The notes below the pieces were generated by a model. The model ran no database searches and was not told where the DNA came from. It worked only from the letters and a program-made list of their open reading frames with translations. This document shows, piece after piece, positions 13,728 to 26,482 of a stretch of DNA of 64,000 bases. The number at the start of each line of letters is the position of its first letter. The first letter of the stretch is position 1. A program made the position numbers and the translations under genes. Origin of the DNA: Octopus vulgaris (lineage: Eukaryota); assembly GCA_951406725.2 (NCBI GenBank), contig OX597816.1, positions 12,152,001 to 12,216,000 on the forward strand, given 5' to 3'.

Positions 13728-14649
13728 AAATGGGAAAAATTAGTGAACCAAATAAGGAGAGGAATATTATTTAGGAAGGCAGCATGATACACTTTTAATG
13801 AAGAAGAGAAACAGAATATGTTTGGAAGAGTGTGGTAATTTAAGGCTAAAACTCAATAATTTCCATCCAAACATCGATGTAATATTAACTCGTATTCACC
13901 CAATACATATTTCACACTAAATATTCCGACTATATCAATATGACTGAATTATTTTTCTTCTAAATCAATTTCGTCTAGTATTTTCATTAACTTTATTTAA
14001 ATATTTCTTATTAATTAAAACATGATAATGACACAAAAGAACGAAAGAATTATCGTTTCAAATCAAGTCGCGGGTATTCCTTCCAGCTCTTTACGTCCTG
14101 AGTTCAAATCCTGCTGAGGTCAACTTCTTATCTTTTCTGGGTCGATAAAATGAGGACCAGTTGAGCACAAGGGTCGATGTAATTGACTAGCCACCTGCTC
14201 CTAAATTTTAGGCCCTGTGCCTATAATAGAATGGATTATACGTTTCAAAATTCATTCAAGGTAGTTACATGATGGGGACCGAAAAGTTATCAAGGATTCC
14301 ATGGATCATTGATGTAAGAATCTTTCGTCATCTCCTGGTCTTACTTGTCCTCTAAAAAACACTTGGATTTATAAAATATTTCAATACCGCTGTTATAGTC
14401 AACAAAGCCTTATAACTAATTAAATGGATAGAAACTTGTTAGAGATTGTCTACTAAATACAATAGAACCTTGCTGTATGAGCTGAAACTCGTGCAAATTT
14501 TTGTCTTGAAGTATGAGCAGAAATCTGCAGTACGAGCACACAAATTGTCCCATCTTTAAGGTAATTCAGTTTATAAAACCAGTTTACATATTTCTTTTGC
14601 ATTCTCTTTTTTATGATTATCATTTTACTTGTATCTAGACCTTTGCTGC

Positions 14650-15018
14650 ATAGAGGCCCAATGGTTAGGGTAGTGGACTCGTGGTTGTAGGATCGTGGTT
14701 TCGATTCCCAGATCGGGTGTTGTGAGTGTTTATTGAGCGAAAACACCTAAAACTTCCACTAGGCTCCGGCAGGGGGGGAACCCTGCTGTACTCTTTCACC
14801 ACAACTTTCTCTCACTCTTTCTTCTTCTTTCTGTGGTACCTGTATTTCAAAGGGCCAGCCTTGTCCCACTCTGTGTCATGCTGTATCTTCCGATAACTTC
14901 GTTAAGGGTACACGTGTCTGTGGAGTGCTCAGCCACTTGCACGTTAATTTTATGAGCAGGCTGTTCCATCGATCGGATCAAGTGGAACCCTCATCATCGT
15001 AACCGATGGAGTGCCAAC
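14650..15018 (+). mobile_element. tRNA-derived SINE family C
   Basis: Head with B-box GGTTTCGATTCCC; body matches 24710-25091. Confidence 0.85.
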
Positions 15019-17081
15019 CCTATCAACACCTTTGCTGTTTTAAAACTCACAAAAAATTTTTTTTAAGTGGTTTTTTTTTTATGGAGGTGGGGCCGAAACG
15101 GATTAGTTATATTTTAGTTCGTTTCAATGGGGAAAATTGATTTGTAAAACGAGTAAATTGCAAGACGAGCTTGGTCATGGAACGAATTAAACTCGTTCTG
15201 CGAGGTAACGCTGTATTTATAATTGTTATTATTAATTAGTAATAAAGGTGGTGAGCTGGGAGAATGCTTAGCTTTATTTTGCCCGTTGCTACGTTTTGAG
15301 TTCAAATTCTGCCAAGGTTGACTCTGCGTTTCATCATTTTGGGGTCGATAAATCAAGTACAAGTTGAGTACTATGGGTCGATGTAATCGATTGGCTCCCT
15401 GCCCCAAAATTTCAGGCCTTGTGCCTATAGTAGAAAGGAGAATTAATGAATAAAATTTTGATTATATTTGGAATTACTGTTCTTCTTTCTCTTATTCAAC
15501 ATCAACTACATTACACTTGGTTTCTCGACGTAAAGATTTATAACGAAGATACTTCATAAGGACATGGAAAAATGATATACGACTTTAGATGAAAACAAAC
15601 TGGTAAGCGACAATTTATTCTCCGTTATAAAATACAATGATTGGCATATACGAAATAAAATAACATAACAGGTTACAACAAAGATGTGTGAGATTTCGTG
15701 GTTAGGCTGGATTGTTGATCTTGGAGACAGAGTTGACGTGCTGTTGGTGGTGTGTAGAGGCAGCCGTTAGTCCGATGGTCGTGTGGTGTTCATACAAAAA
15801 CGTTGTAAGCAGGTGTCTGATGGAAATGAAAATGGAGACTGGCTGGTGTCAGATACATCATTGTCAGAGACGAGTTACATGTGGTTATTGGCGTGTGCCA
15901 AAGACGTAGAACATTCAAAAACAGCGTTTCTTATAGAGAATAGTGGGCTACCAGGAGAGATGAAAGTTTTCCCACTGAGAACACGTGATCCCTTTTAGCA
16001 CATCTGATTAGTTGACTGTAATTTCGCGCAATTGTTTAGGAGACAATTTGCGTCAAAAAACTAACTAATCAGAACAATGGTTACAACCTGGTCTTTATAA
16101 CCAAGTATTTTCTGATACCTCCAAACAACAACCAAACAAAAATCAAAGGGAGAGAGAATAATTTGCTTTCTTCTCTTTTGTCAATCTGTTCTGCTACAGA
16201 TTCGTTAACCATATAAAGACCTGTTACCATTACAATTTTGATAACCCCTTTCTGAGTGATAATTATGGACTCATTTTAAGGTGATGTGCTGGCAGAATCG
16301 TTAGCATGCCAGGCAAAATGCTCAGTGGAATTTTGTCTGTCTTTATGTTCTGAGTTCAAACTCCGCTGAAGTTGATTTAACCTTTCATCCTTTGGGGTAC
16401 AATAAAATAAGTACCAGTTAAGTACTGGGGTCGATGTAATCAACTTGCATCCTCTCCCAAGATTGCTGGCCTTGTGCCAAAATTTGAAACCAATATTAAA
16501 TGTTTGCCCACATCTACAATTATTAAACACACTCATAGTTAACAAAAAAAAATTCTTTTCTACTCTAGGCACAAGGCCTGAAGTTTTTGAGGAGGGGGCC
16601 AGTCGATTAGATTGACCCCAGTACGCAACTGGTACTTAATTTATCGACCCCGAATGGATGAAAGGCAAAATCGACTTTTGTGGAATTTGAACTCATTACT
16701 TGTCTTTCTTTTTTTTTTTTATCAAACTCGATTAACAAATGATGAAATAAGTTTATATTTAAATTTTGTTTCCATTAACACTTTTCTGTGTAATAATTAT
16801 GCACTAATGATTAATGCATAATTTACATAGATTAGTGACTAATCTATGTAAATTATAATTACAGATTGTTTTTATTTCAGAATTATCTCAAAATTGATTA
16901 AATATATATATAGAGTGAAATTTATAAAGATATTTTCATCAACATAACTTAATTCATACCGATATTTCAAAAGTATATTCAAATATATATTTATGCATGG
17001 GACAAATAATACATGTTTTTTTTTTAAATGAAAAAATACTTGAAAGGAAAAACAGGAAGTTATGAAATAAAATAAAGCTAT

Positions 17082-18008
17082 GTGCAGAAACGTTAGCGCA
17101 CCGGACGAAATACTTACTGGTATTTCGTCTGCCGTTATGTTCTGAGTTCAAATTCCGCCGAGGTCGACTTTGCCTTTCATCCTTTCGGGGTCGATAAATT
17201 AAGTATCAGTTATGCACTGGGGTCGATGTAATCGACTTAATACCTATGTCTGTCCTTGTTTGTCCCCTCTATGTTTAGCCCCTTGTGAGTAATAAAGAAA
17301 TAAGTATTTCGTCTGTGGCCACGTTCTGAGTTCAAATTCCGCCGAGGTCGACTTTGTCTTTCATCCTTTCGGGGTTGATATAATCGACTTAATCCATTTG
17401 TCTGTGCTTGTTTGTCCCTTCTGTGTTTAGCCCCTTGTGGGCAGTAAAGAAATAGGTATTTAATCTGCCGTTACGTTCTGAGTTCAAATTCCGCCGAGGT
17501 TGACATTGCCTTTCATCCTTTAGGGGTCGATTAAATAAGTAACAGTTACGCACTGGGGTCAATATAATCGACTTAATCCGTTTGTCTGTCCTTGTTTGTC
17601 CCCTCTATGTTTAGCCCCTTGTGGGTAATAAAGAAATAGGTATTTCGTCTGTGGCTACGTTCTTAGTTCAAATTCCGCCTAGGTCGACTTTGCCTTTCAT
17701 CCTTTCGAGGTCGATTAAATAAGTACCAGTTACGCACTGGGTTCGATATAATCGACTTAATTCGTTTGTCTGTCCTTGTTTGTCCCCTCTATATTTAGCC
17801 CCTTGTGGGTAGTAAAGAAATAGGTATTTCGTCTGCCGTTACATTCTGAGTTCAAATTCCGCCGAGGTTGACATTGCCTTTCATCCTTTCGGGGTTGATA
17901 ATTTAAGTACCAGTTACGCACTGGGGTCGATATAATCGACTTAATCCCTTTGTCTGTCCTTGTTTGTCCTCTCTGTGTTTAGCCCCTTGTGGGTAGTAAA
18001 GAAATAGG
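17082..18008 (+). repeat. Head-to-tail array of five SINE family A units (~150-220 bp)
   Basis: Junction AAAGAAATA(G/A)|GTATTT at ~17303, 17455, 17639 and 17823. Confidence 0.92.
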
Positions 18009-18329
18009 TGAGCAATGGATATTTAGTTAAGCTGCGTATCGTTCTCATATAAAACCAAGTCACCATATTAATTCTTCAACGAATCTGTTACTGGGATGAG
18101 ATTTGGTTAATTTGCTGTCAACTGTGTATAATAAATCGACAACACCAAGCAAACATTTAAACATGATTTATTATTCCGCACTAGTCATGAAAAGATGTAT
18201 ATAAATTACAATTCTAAATTGGGTTCACTCTCTCATTGTCATCGTGTGGCTTCCTTGTCTCTTTTCTGTAAGTATTTTCATGGACATTGTTCAGCTGAGC
18301 TCTCTTCTCTGGTTTCTCCTTTAAGATCT

Positions 18330-18790
18330 TATCAGCGATCAACTTGACTCGCATCCAGTTCTCATCAATATACTGTGCAACCTCCTAAGTGTTGTCAAGC
18401 ACTTTACGGTACCAGTTTCTTCCCTCGCACCTCTGAACTTTGGAATTCCATTCCACAGTCTCGTTTTCCTCTTCAATATACCTATTTCTTTACTACCCAC
18501 AAGGGGATAAACACAGATGAGGCAAACAAAGACAGACAAAGGGATTAAGTCGATTATATCGACCCCAGTGCATATCTGGTACTTATTTAATCGACCCCAA
18601 AAGGATGAAAGGCAAAATCGACCTTGGCAGAATTTGAACTCAGAAGGTAGCGGCAGATGAAATACCGGTAAACATTCGCCCGGCGTTCTAATGGTTCTGC
18701 CAGCTCGCCGCCAATATGTCCTCCGGTCTTTTAAGTCTAATGTACATCGTCACCTAATTGACTTCTGTCTAGCGTCCATTTTATACTTGT
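18330..18790 (+). mobile_element. CR1/Jockey-like LINE 3' fragment interrupted by a SINE A copy (minus strand, 18481-18712)
   Basis: YTVQPPKCCQALYGTSFFPRTSELWNSIPQSRFPLQY resumes as VLRSFKSNVHRHL after the SINE; CAATAT flanks both sides as a candidate TSD. Confidence 0.7.
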
Positions 18791-18982
18791 AGCTCTTACG
18801 TTTTCAGTGATCTAAGGACCTAGTAACGGGCAAATACTTTAAAGAATACCTAATATATATGTGGATGAACAAGATGAAAATAGCGTAATACAATATGCAG
18901 AGAAACAAAAACTGTCTGTCCAAAGTTTAAAACCGGTCTGGTTTTAACATAATGAGTATATATATGTATATATATATATATC

Positions 18983-19292
18983 ACTGTGATCACCTTAACC
19001 GACCAGGCTATTAGATGTTGCTGCACATCGCTGGTCACAATGCGCTTCACATTGTTTTCGCCTTTAAATGACGCCACCCCGCTAGATAAGCGAGCAAGCC
19101 AACAGAAGAAAGAGTAAGTGAAAGTTGCAGTGAAAGAGTACAGCAGGGATCGCCACCACCCCCTGCCGGAGCATCATGGAGCTTTAGGTGTTTTTACTCA
19201 ATAAACACTCACAACGCCCGGTCTGGGAATCAAAACTATGATCCTATGACCGCGAGTCCGCCGCCCTGACCACTGGGCCATTGCGCCTCCAC
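18983..19292 (-). mobile_element. SINE family C head with an alternative 3' tail
   Basis: 5' half matches family C; 3' half matches 49400-49490 instead of the usual tail. Confidence 0.75.
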
Positions 19293-19647
19293 ATATATGT
19301 GTATGCGTGTGTGTGTGTGTGTGTTGTCATGTCTGCCTTATTGTTGCATACAGTTACTATAATAACTGGAAAGGTGTGTGTATTCGTAACGCATTCATGA
19401 ATACACTGGAGTTTGGCGAGAGTGGAGACACCGTTCCAGCCTGAATTTTCTAACACTTTGTGAATGGCGCCAAGAATCAACTCTATTAATAAATTATCTT
19501 TATGGAATCTTCTAGGACAATCTGTAGAAGCAATGACGTGAGCAGCAGTTGCTGATTGGACAATAACTCGGCCATGGACATGATCAGGCCGTTGTTATGT
19601 CATGACTTCATATTCGTAATGTGGCAACGCGAGTTTGAATCCATGCT

Positions 19648-20120
19648 ATCATCGTCGTTTAACGTCCGTTTTCCATGCTAGCATGGGTTGGACGGTTCAA
19701 TCAGGGTCTGGGAAGCCAGGAGGCTGCACCAGATACAGTCTGATCTGGCAGTGTTTCTACAGCTGGATGCCCTTCCTAACACCAACCACTCCGAGAGCGT
19801 AGTGGGTGCTTTTTTACATGCTACCAGCACAGGTGCCAGGGTAGGCTGGCAGTGGCCGTAATTGGTTGGCGCTTTTTACGTGCCACCGGCACAGAAGCCA
19901 GTCAAGGTGGCACGAGCATCAGCCATGTACAGATTGTGCTTTTTATGTGCCACCAACACATGTGCTTGGGGAGGCTGGCAAACGGCCACGATCGGTTGGT
20001 GCTTTTTACGTGCCTCCAGCACGGAAGCTAATCATGGTGGCGCTGGTATCGGCCACATATGGATGGTGCATTTTACATGCCACCGGCACAGGTATCACAA
20101 CTACAATTTCCATTTGATTT
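19648..20120 (-). mobile_element. Repeat family D copy
   Basis: Reverse complement of the 2010-2598 type. Confidence 0.85.
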
Positions 20121-20590
20121 TGTTTTTAGTAACTAATTCTTTTGCAGAAGTTGACTGTAATATTCTTGACACTGATAGATAAATTTCCACGAACAGTCTG
20201 GCATAGATTCTGCTGTAGATGCAGCCACCATATTTAATTCTTTTGTTTAATGAATATTCATGAGCTCAGCATTAACGTTTTCAGTCGACATGTTGAACTT
20301 GTTATGAGGTCGAAAATCCAACTTACTTCAAGCTATGCGTCCTGAATATCAATCAGTCAATCAACTTGCAGAAACATCACCCTATATTATAGAATGTTAT
20401 CATGTCAAAAGAGGTTATATAAGCAACAAAGCAGGCAAGGTTAGCAAGAGAGGTGGTTGAGGACGTTATGCGCATAGTTACAGACAACAAGGCCTTAACA
20501 AAACAAAATTCCTTGCACTAGCCTAGCTAGAGTGTGTGCTGCCAAGGTGCCCCCAGACCCCACAAGAAACACATATTGTCTACAGCAGAC

Positions 20591-20781
20591 CCAAGTTCGA
20601 TTCCAGGCAGTAACCTGAATAGTAATAATAATAATAACATCGAAAAATACCTTAGGAATTAGAACCCAGGTTTGAAATTTCCCCAAGACACCTGATGAAG
20701 GATGGAGGGTATATCAGCTGAAGCATCGTGTTAACAACAAACAAGATGAGGACAAATGTCCATCAAATATAAATAATGTAA
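20591..20781 (+). mobile_element. 5'-truncated copy of the tRNA-head/hammerhead SINE (family H)
   Basis: B-box GTTCGATTCC, (TAA)n, then ACAC-CTGATGA-AGGATGGAGGGTATATCAGCT-GAAGC-ATC-GTGT (mutated HHR). Confidence 0.8.
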
Positions 20782-20916
20782 AGTGACTAATACTAGCCTA
20801 AAATGAGCAGGTCAAACTTTCAAAATAGCTGTCATGCATATAGCTAAATTCCTCCACTTTTTTCTTGGATATTTCGCATTTTATAGTAATGCACACTTTA
20901 AAACATTTTAATAAAT

Positions 20917-21330
20917 AGGCACAGGAGTGGCTGTGTGGTAAGTAGTTTGCTTACCAACAACATGGTTCCGGGTTCAGTCTCACTGCGTGGCACCTTGGGC
21001 AATTGTCTTCTACTATAGCCTCAGGCCAACCAAAGCCTTGTGAGTGGATTTGGTAGACGGAAATTGAAAGAAGCCCGTCATATATATGTATATATATACA
21101 TGTGTGTGTGTGTATGTGTATATGTTTATGTGTCTGTGTTTGTCCTCCCAACATGGCTTGACAACCGATGCTGGTGTGTTTACGTCCCAGTAACTTAGCA
21201 GTTCGGCAAAAGAAATCGATAGACTAAGTACTAGGCTTACAAAGAATAAGTCCTGGGGTCGATTTGTTTGACTAAAGGTGGTGCTCCAGCATGGCTGCAG
21301 TCAAATGAATGAAACGAGTAAAAGAATAAA
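20917..21330 (+). mobile_element. tRNA-derived SINE family B with internal (TA/TG)n
   Basis: A-box-like TGGCTGTGTGGTAAG, B-box-like GGTTCAGTC(C/T)C, CCTTGGGCAA block, tail GACTGAAAC..GTAAAAGA. Other copies at ~21972, 28495, 34615(-), 41948, 53848, 54052 and 57989. Confidence 0.88.
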
Positions 21331-21339
21331 TGTCTTCAT

Positions 21340-23000
21340 CCCTCTCGAAATGTCATGCTCTTCCCCCCTCATTGTGCCTTCAGAATACCAGTCACTAAAG
21401 TGTTTCGAAACACGGGGTACTATAAAAACAGGACTTTTTGAATGATTCACCTAATGACAAATTACCTTGAATATTTTTAGTAATGTTGCTCACCTGTTGA
21501 TGAGCTATGTCTCATACAGACCCTTTCTTGAAAATGGTTGCCCAAAACTGCTACAAAATGTACAAAAAATAAATCCTGAAAAAAAATTCGGAAAAAATCT
21601 GATTTAAGCATGAAAGCTATTCTGAAAGTCTTCCAATTAGAAACTCTGAAGATTGTTCCTTAAATTCAGGTTAATTGAAGTAAAAAATGTCATTTTCCAT
21701 GAGATAAATTGCTTTTCTATTGTTCAGGCTTATTGAATAAATACCTTTTTAATGTTGGCTACTGATAAAGAGAACATTGTCGTCAATTTGTATAGCTCTT
21801 TCTTATTTAGCACTACACACGATGATTTCATTTGTTCCATGCTAACATTACGTAAAAACCATCAGATCCTTTAAGATATGAAAACTATTCCACAAGATAA
21901 TCATGGTGGGTGTTGTAATAATTATTCCCTTCCAGTTTAAATTTCTTTTCCTTTTTTTTTCTATTCTAATAGGCGCAGGAGTGGCTGTGTGGTAAGTAAC
22001 TTGCTTACCAGCCACATGGTTCTGGGTTCAGTCCCACTGTGTGGCACCTTGGGCAAGTGTCTTCTACTATAGTCCCGGGCTGACCAAAGTCTTGTGAGTG
22101 GATTTGGTAGACAGAAACTGAAAGAAGCCCATCGTGTATGTATGCATGTATGTATGTGTTTGTGTGTGTGTTTGTGTATCTGTGTCTGTCCCCACCAACA
22201 TCACTTGACATGGGATGCTGGTGAGTTTACGTCCCCCGTAACTTTGCGGTTCGGCAAAAGAGACCGATAGAATAAGTACTATGCTTACAAAGAAAAAGTC
22301 CTGGGGTCAATTTGCTCGACTAAAGGCGATGCTCCAGCATGGCCACAGTCACATGACTGAAACAAATATAAGAATAAAAGAATGCAAATGTAAATGCCTT
22401 CACTTAGAAGGATAAACATTTTATTAAGTCTTTCTTTTACACAATTAACGAGTTCGTTTAAAGACTGAAGCACCTGGATAACACTGTTCCCTTCTTTTTA
22501 TCTTTCCTTCTTAATTTGCAAAATCCTGTGGCTGAAACCATATTGAAATCTGTGGACAGGAAATAGGTAAGCAGCACTTAATGGATTATAATGAAAAAAA
22601 AAAAAAAAATCAAAAAGGTATTTGGGGGTTCTTTCATGGGAATTAAATTAGGATTTCAATTCTGTGAATAGCATCAGGATCCTCTGTCTCTTTCTTCATT
22701 GCGTTCTTCAAAGAAATCTAACGAGTCTTACAACGTCAGAGAATTCAAAGATTTTGAATGCCAAAATAATTATATATAAAAAAAAACAAAACTTTAACAC
22801 GCAGTAGAAATACCGAAGGAAGAAAGCAATTTCATGACAATTACTTCAACAACTGATTGAACATCAGCTGCAGTTTGAGCAACATTCTACAGAATATGAG
22901 TTGGACAACCAAATCCTTTCATAAAATTGTTCGTGCTTTGCTTCAATTTTGAATGGACATCATTCACACCTTTGTGTAAACACGTCCACGAAATTAGTAT
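21340..23000 (-). pseudogene. Degenerate hAT-like transposase, interrupted by SINE B (21972-22380)
   Basis: Minus strand ~22830-22970 reads VHSKLKQSTNNFMKGFGCPTHIL*NVAQTAADVQSVVEVIVMKLLSSF (hAT CxxH motif); further weak fragments downstream. Confidence 0.5.
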
Positions 23001-23829
23001 TTGTGTTGCCTTTACAAACAACTATATATATATATATATATGTTATATTTTTCTTTTCTTTTTCCTTCGTCGACTTTTAAGTCGATAAGAGTTACTCTGA
23101 AAGAAAGCTTGTTATAGTTTCTGTGGTCTCACTAGGGAGCGATTTCACTCCTAATAACCATGGATGCGCCTTTTTTTTTTTCCTGGGGTGTGGAGAACAC
23201 TGCAGAATTGAAGAGGAAAATATGATCTGTTTTGTGATTATTTGCATCTGCAGAACAAAAAGTTATAGGAAAAGTTATTTTAGTTAGAAAAAAATCTCAT
23301 TGGTAAAAAAAGTCACATTTTATTTGAATACCGTGAACAAAATAATAAAACAAAAAGTATTTGAAATCAATTATTAACTGATAGTACATGACTTATACAC
23401 TACATATGAAGACGTTACACATATGTGAAGAAAAAAAATAACGACTTTTATTCAATTTCTTAAGCAAAGTAAGACAATGAAACGGAAAAAAATTATGTCA
23501 TTTATTGACAATACATGACATGAACAGATTGAAAACATCTTAGATAGTAACGCGGCATTATATGTATATTCAGTAGTTTTTGTATCACTGAAACGAATAT
23601 TCCATCTGACTCCACAAAGAATCTCTGTCGCAGTCTTGTGGTTCGCCCCTTGAGCAGCCCAAGTTATGAAGACATTCTTGTAGATGCACTGATTTTGTTC
23701 CGTGATGTTTCCTTTGGATTCCTTTAGATATTCTTCAAAAAGACAAGATATCGAGACTTTTGACAAATAATGAATGGTGTTGTTATCATTCATGGTGTCC
23801 TCGAATGCTTTACATTTCAAATCAATGTC

Positions 23830-23995
23830 CTTGATACCAGATCATAACTAGTTTCCTTTAGATATCAAAGATTTTTCTTACAATCCTTGCTGTTCTTAAT
23901 AGACAAGATTTCTGAATAAATGCCACTCCCATAGTTACACTCATTTCAATAAGGAAACTGCCAAGTTTGTTGATGGAACTTCGGGAACTTAGGTA
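23830..23995 (-). mobile_element. 3' tip of an R4/Dong-like RLE LINE
   Basis: KLGSFLIEMSVTMGVAFIQKSCLLRTARIVRKIFDI* resembles the QK..LLGTARILRKVL C-terminus; abuts (CAT)(TAT)(TAG)n. Confidence 0.6.
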
Positions 23996-24018
23996 TATCA
24001 TCATCATCATCATCATCA

Positions 24019-24111
<93 letters not shown>

Positions 24112-24709
24112 TAATTGTAGGTGTTGGAATGGCTGTGTGGTAAGTAGCTTACTTACCAACCACATGGTTCCGGGTTCAGTCCCACTGCATGGCACTTTGG
24201 GCAATTTACCATTTTACACCAATCAGGAAGCGCTGTTAAATTCTCAGGCGTTACTTGTGAATCGTCACAGCTTACCAAAGACAGACACGAAAATAAAGGA
24301 GGAAAATAAAAATAAGAAAAAAAAAATTGTTACCTGTGATTTGTCACAGCAAACCTAAGATAATAAAAAAAAGAAGAAAAAAAAGGGAACAAAGAGAAAA
24401 CATTAACTTTGACCAAAGGAATTCTGACCATTCCCCTCCCCATGTGTTTCTATAATGATTGAACAGACAGATAATTAAACAAAGGTTTCAGAATAATATA
24501 TGAAGACACCAGAGGTGTAATTAACTATAATGTATTGTCTCCTGCTGTTCTGCTGACCATTATCTTCTTCAAGGAATGTATTGTCTGTTCACAGTTCTTA
24601 TATTACATTTATCTTTAGTCCCTGTTTTTCTTAATCTTTCTGATTTTCCTCTATTATTTTTTGCTCAAAATATATTCACATCAGATGGCATATAAGTTAT
24701 ACAAGTATG

Positions 24710-25091
24710 TGGAGGCGCAATGGCCCAGTGGTTAGGACAGGGGACTCGCGGTCATAGGATCGCGGTTTCGATTCCCAGACCGGGCGTTGTGAGTGTTTAT
24801 TGAGCGAAAACACCTAAAGCTCCACGAGGCTCCGGCAGGGGATGGTGGTGATCCCTGCTGTACTCTTTCACCACAACTTTCTCTCACTCTTACTTCCTGT
24901 TTCTGTTGTACCTGTATTTCAAGGGCCGGCCTTGTCACTCTCTGTGTCACGCTGAATATCCCCGAGAACTACATTAAGGGTGCACGTGTCTATGGAGTGC
25001 TCAGCCACTTACACGTTAATTTCACGAGCAGGCTGTTCCGTTGATTCGGATCAACCGGAACCCTCGTCGTCGTAACCGATGGAGTGCTTCC
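24710..25091 (+). mobile_element. tRNA-derived SINE family C, near full length
   Basis: GGAGGCGCAATGGCCCAGTGGTTAGG (A-box) ... GGTTTCGATTCCC (B-box); copies at 36403-36787 (+) and 59250-59632 (-). Confidence 0.9.
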
Positions 25092-25233
25092 ATATACAAG
25101 TATCCATTATAATTACAGTCTGTGGTGTCCAATAACATTATTCTATATTATAGACCTGGTGCTTTTTTCAGAAGATTTGCTTTTTGCAAATTCCATGAAC
25201 GAATTCTTAATTTTATAGTTACATGAGAAAATT

Positions 25234-25436
25234 ATACAGTTCTATATTTAAGAGATAAGGAATTATGTACATTATTTACGCTATTTACATTTGACGGATA
25301 TTTATCCTCATCTTGTTTGTTGTTAACACAACGTTTCAGCTGATATACCCTCCAGCCTTCATCAGGTGTCTTGGGAAAATTTCGAACCTGGGTTCTCATT
25401 CCTAAGGTATTTTTCAATATTATTATTATTGTTATC

Positions 25437-25467
<31 letters not shown>

Positions 25468-25537
25468 TCACTGCCTGGAATTGAACTCGGAATCTTGGGA
25501 TTAGTAGCATGCACTCTTAACCACTACGCCATATGCC
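25234..25537 (-). mobile_element. SINE family H: tRNA-like head, (TAA)n spacer and 3' module carrying a hammerhead ribozyme
   Basis: Minus strand: GGCATATGGCGTAGTGGTTAAGAG...GAGTTCAATTCC (A/B boxes), (AAT)n, then the HHR at 25325-25370. Confidence 0.85.
25325..25370 (-). ncRNA. Minimal type I hammerhead ribozyme
   Basis: GACAC-CTGATGA-A-GGCTG-gagggtatat-CAGCT-GAAAC-GTT-GTGTT: stem I, full core, stem II and palindromic AACGTT stem III. Confidence 0.78.
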
Positions 25538-26131
25538 TGGAGAGCTTTTTAATTAGTTATTCTTTACAGAGAATAATTTTCAGAGTCTCTTCTAAGCATA
25601 AGTTGCAGTCTTGGGAGATTTCATTGTAGGGTTTGACATTTTTCAGTACGGACCAATTTAATATATATTCCTTTCCACTTCACATTAATCTCAATATGGG
25701 ATTCCCAAATGAGGTGCATTGACTCTTATTTTCATCTGAAAAGGATGCTATGTGGTTTCTCAGGCAGCTTTTCATCATGTCCATTATTGCACCAGTAAGC
25801 ACATATTTCTCTGCACATGTCTGTACATCACATTTATAAATAACATTTCGCCTTGTTCAGTTGTTTTCAAAGTATATTAGTTCTGAAGCCTACAGTTGCA
25901 TCTTTTGAAGTTGTTTTTCATGCTTAGGTCCCCTTCTTTCACATCTTTCTTTTTGTTGTTCAGTGTGCAGTTCAAATGCATTCTTTGGATGTTACTTGTG
26001 TCATTTCTGTAGATTATTGCTCGTCTCATCTCTGTTTCTATTTCGTTTCTTCCTACCCTGAATTCTGAATCATGCATCAAAAACCTTTGTTTTATTATTT
26101 ACATGTCTGTTCAATCATTAGAGAAACACAC

Positions 26132-26482
26132 AAGGTGGGTCTGAGACCCCCTTCGGTCATGACACAGTCCATGGGATTGCACCTAGAAAGTTGCCCTCCC
26201 TGGCACAAGTCTGGGCAAGGATGTTTATGGAAGACCAGCAGTCGCCCATGCTTACCAGCCTCCTCTCTCTACGCCACCAGTGTTATCCAAGGGAAAGGCA
26301 AAGGGGCCAATACAGTTTGGCACCAGTGACGTCGCAACTCATTTCTACAGCTGAGTGAACTGGAGCAACGTGAAATAAAGTGTCTTGCTGAAGAACACAA
26401 CATGCAGCCCAGTCTGGGATTCGAGCTCACAACCTCACGATCATGAGCTCGATGCTCTACCCACCGAGCCATTCATCTTCAC
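26132..26482 (-). mobile_element. tRNA-derived SINE family E
   Basis: Minus head GATGAATGGCTCGGTGG...GAGCTCGAATCCC; matches 59720-60070 (+); related heads at 48110-48325 and 51055-51320. Confidence 0.8.

Noticed and set aside
17082-18008. CRISPR-like array
   Set aside because: The units are whole SINE bodies with no unique spacers; eukaryotic context with no cas genes.
19360-20490. Gypsy gag remnant on the minus strand
   Set aside because: Similarity too faint to support by eye.
23452-23820. 122-aa ORF as a host gene
   Set aside because: No splice or domain support; at most faint similarity to a decayed mariner transposase.
25465-25537. Functional tRNA gene (and other tRNA-like heads)
   Set aside because: A/B boxes are present, but the acceptor stem is poor and each head is fused to a dispersed repeat body.
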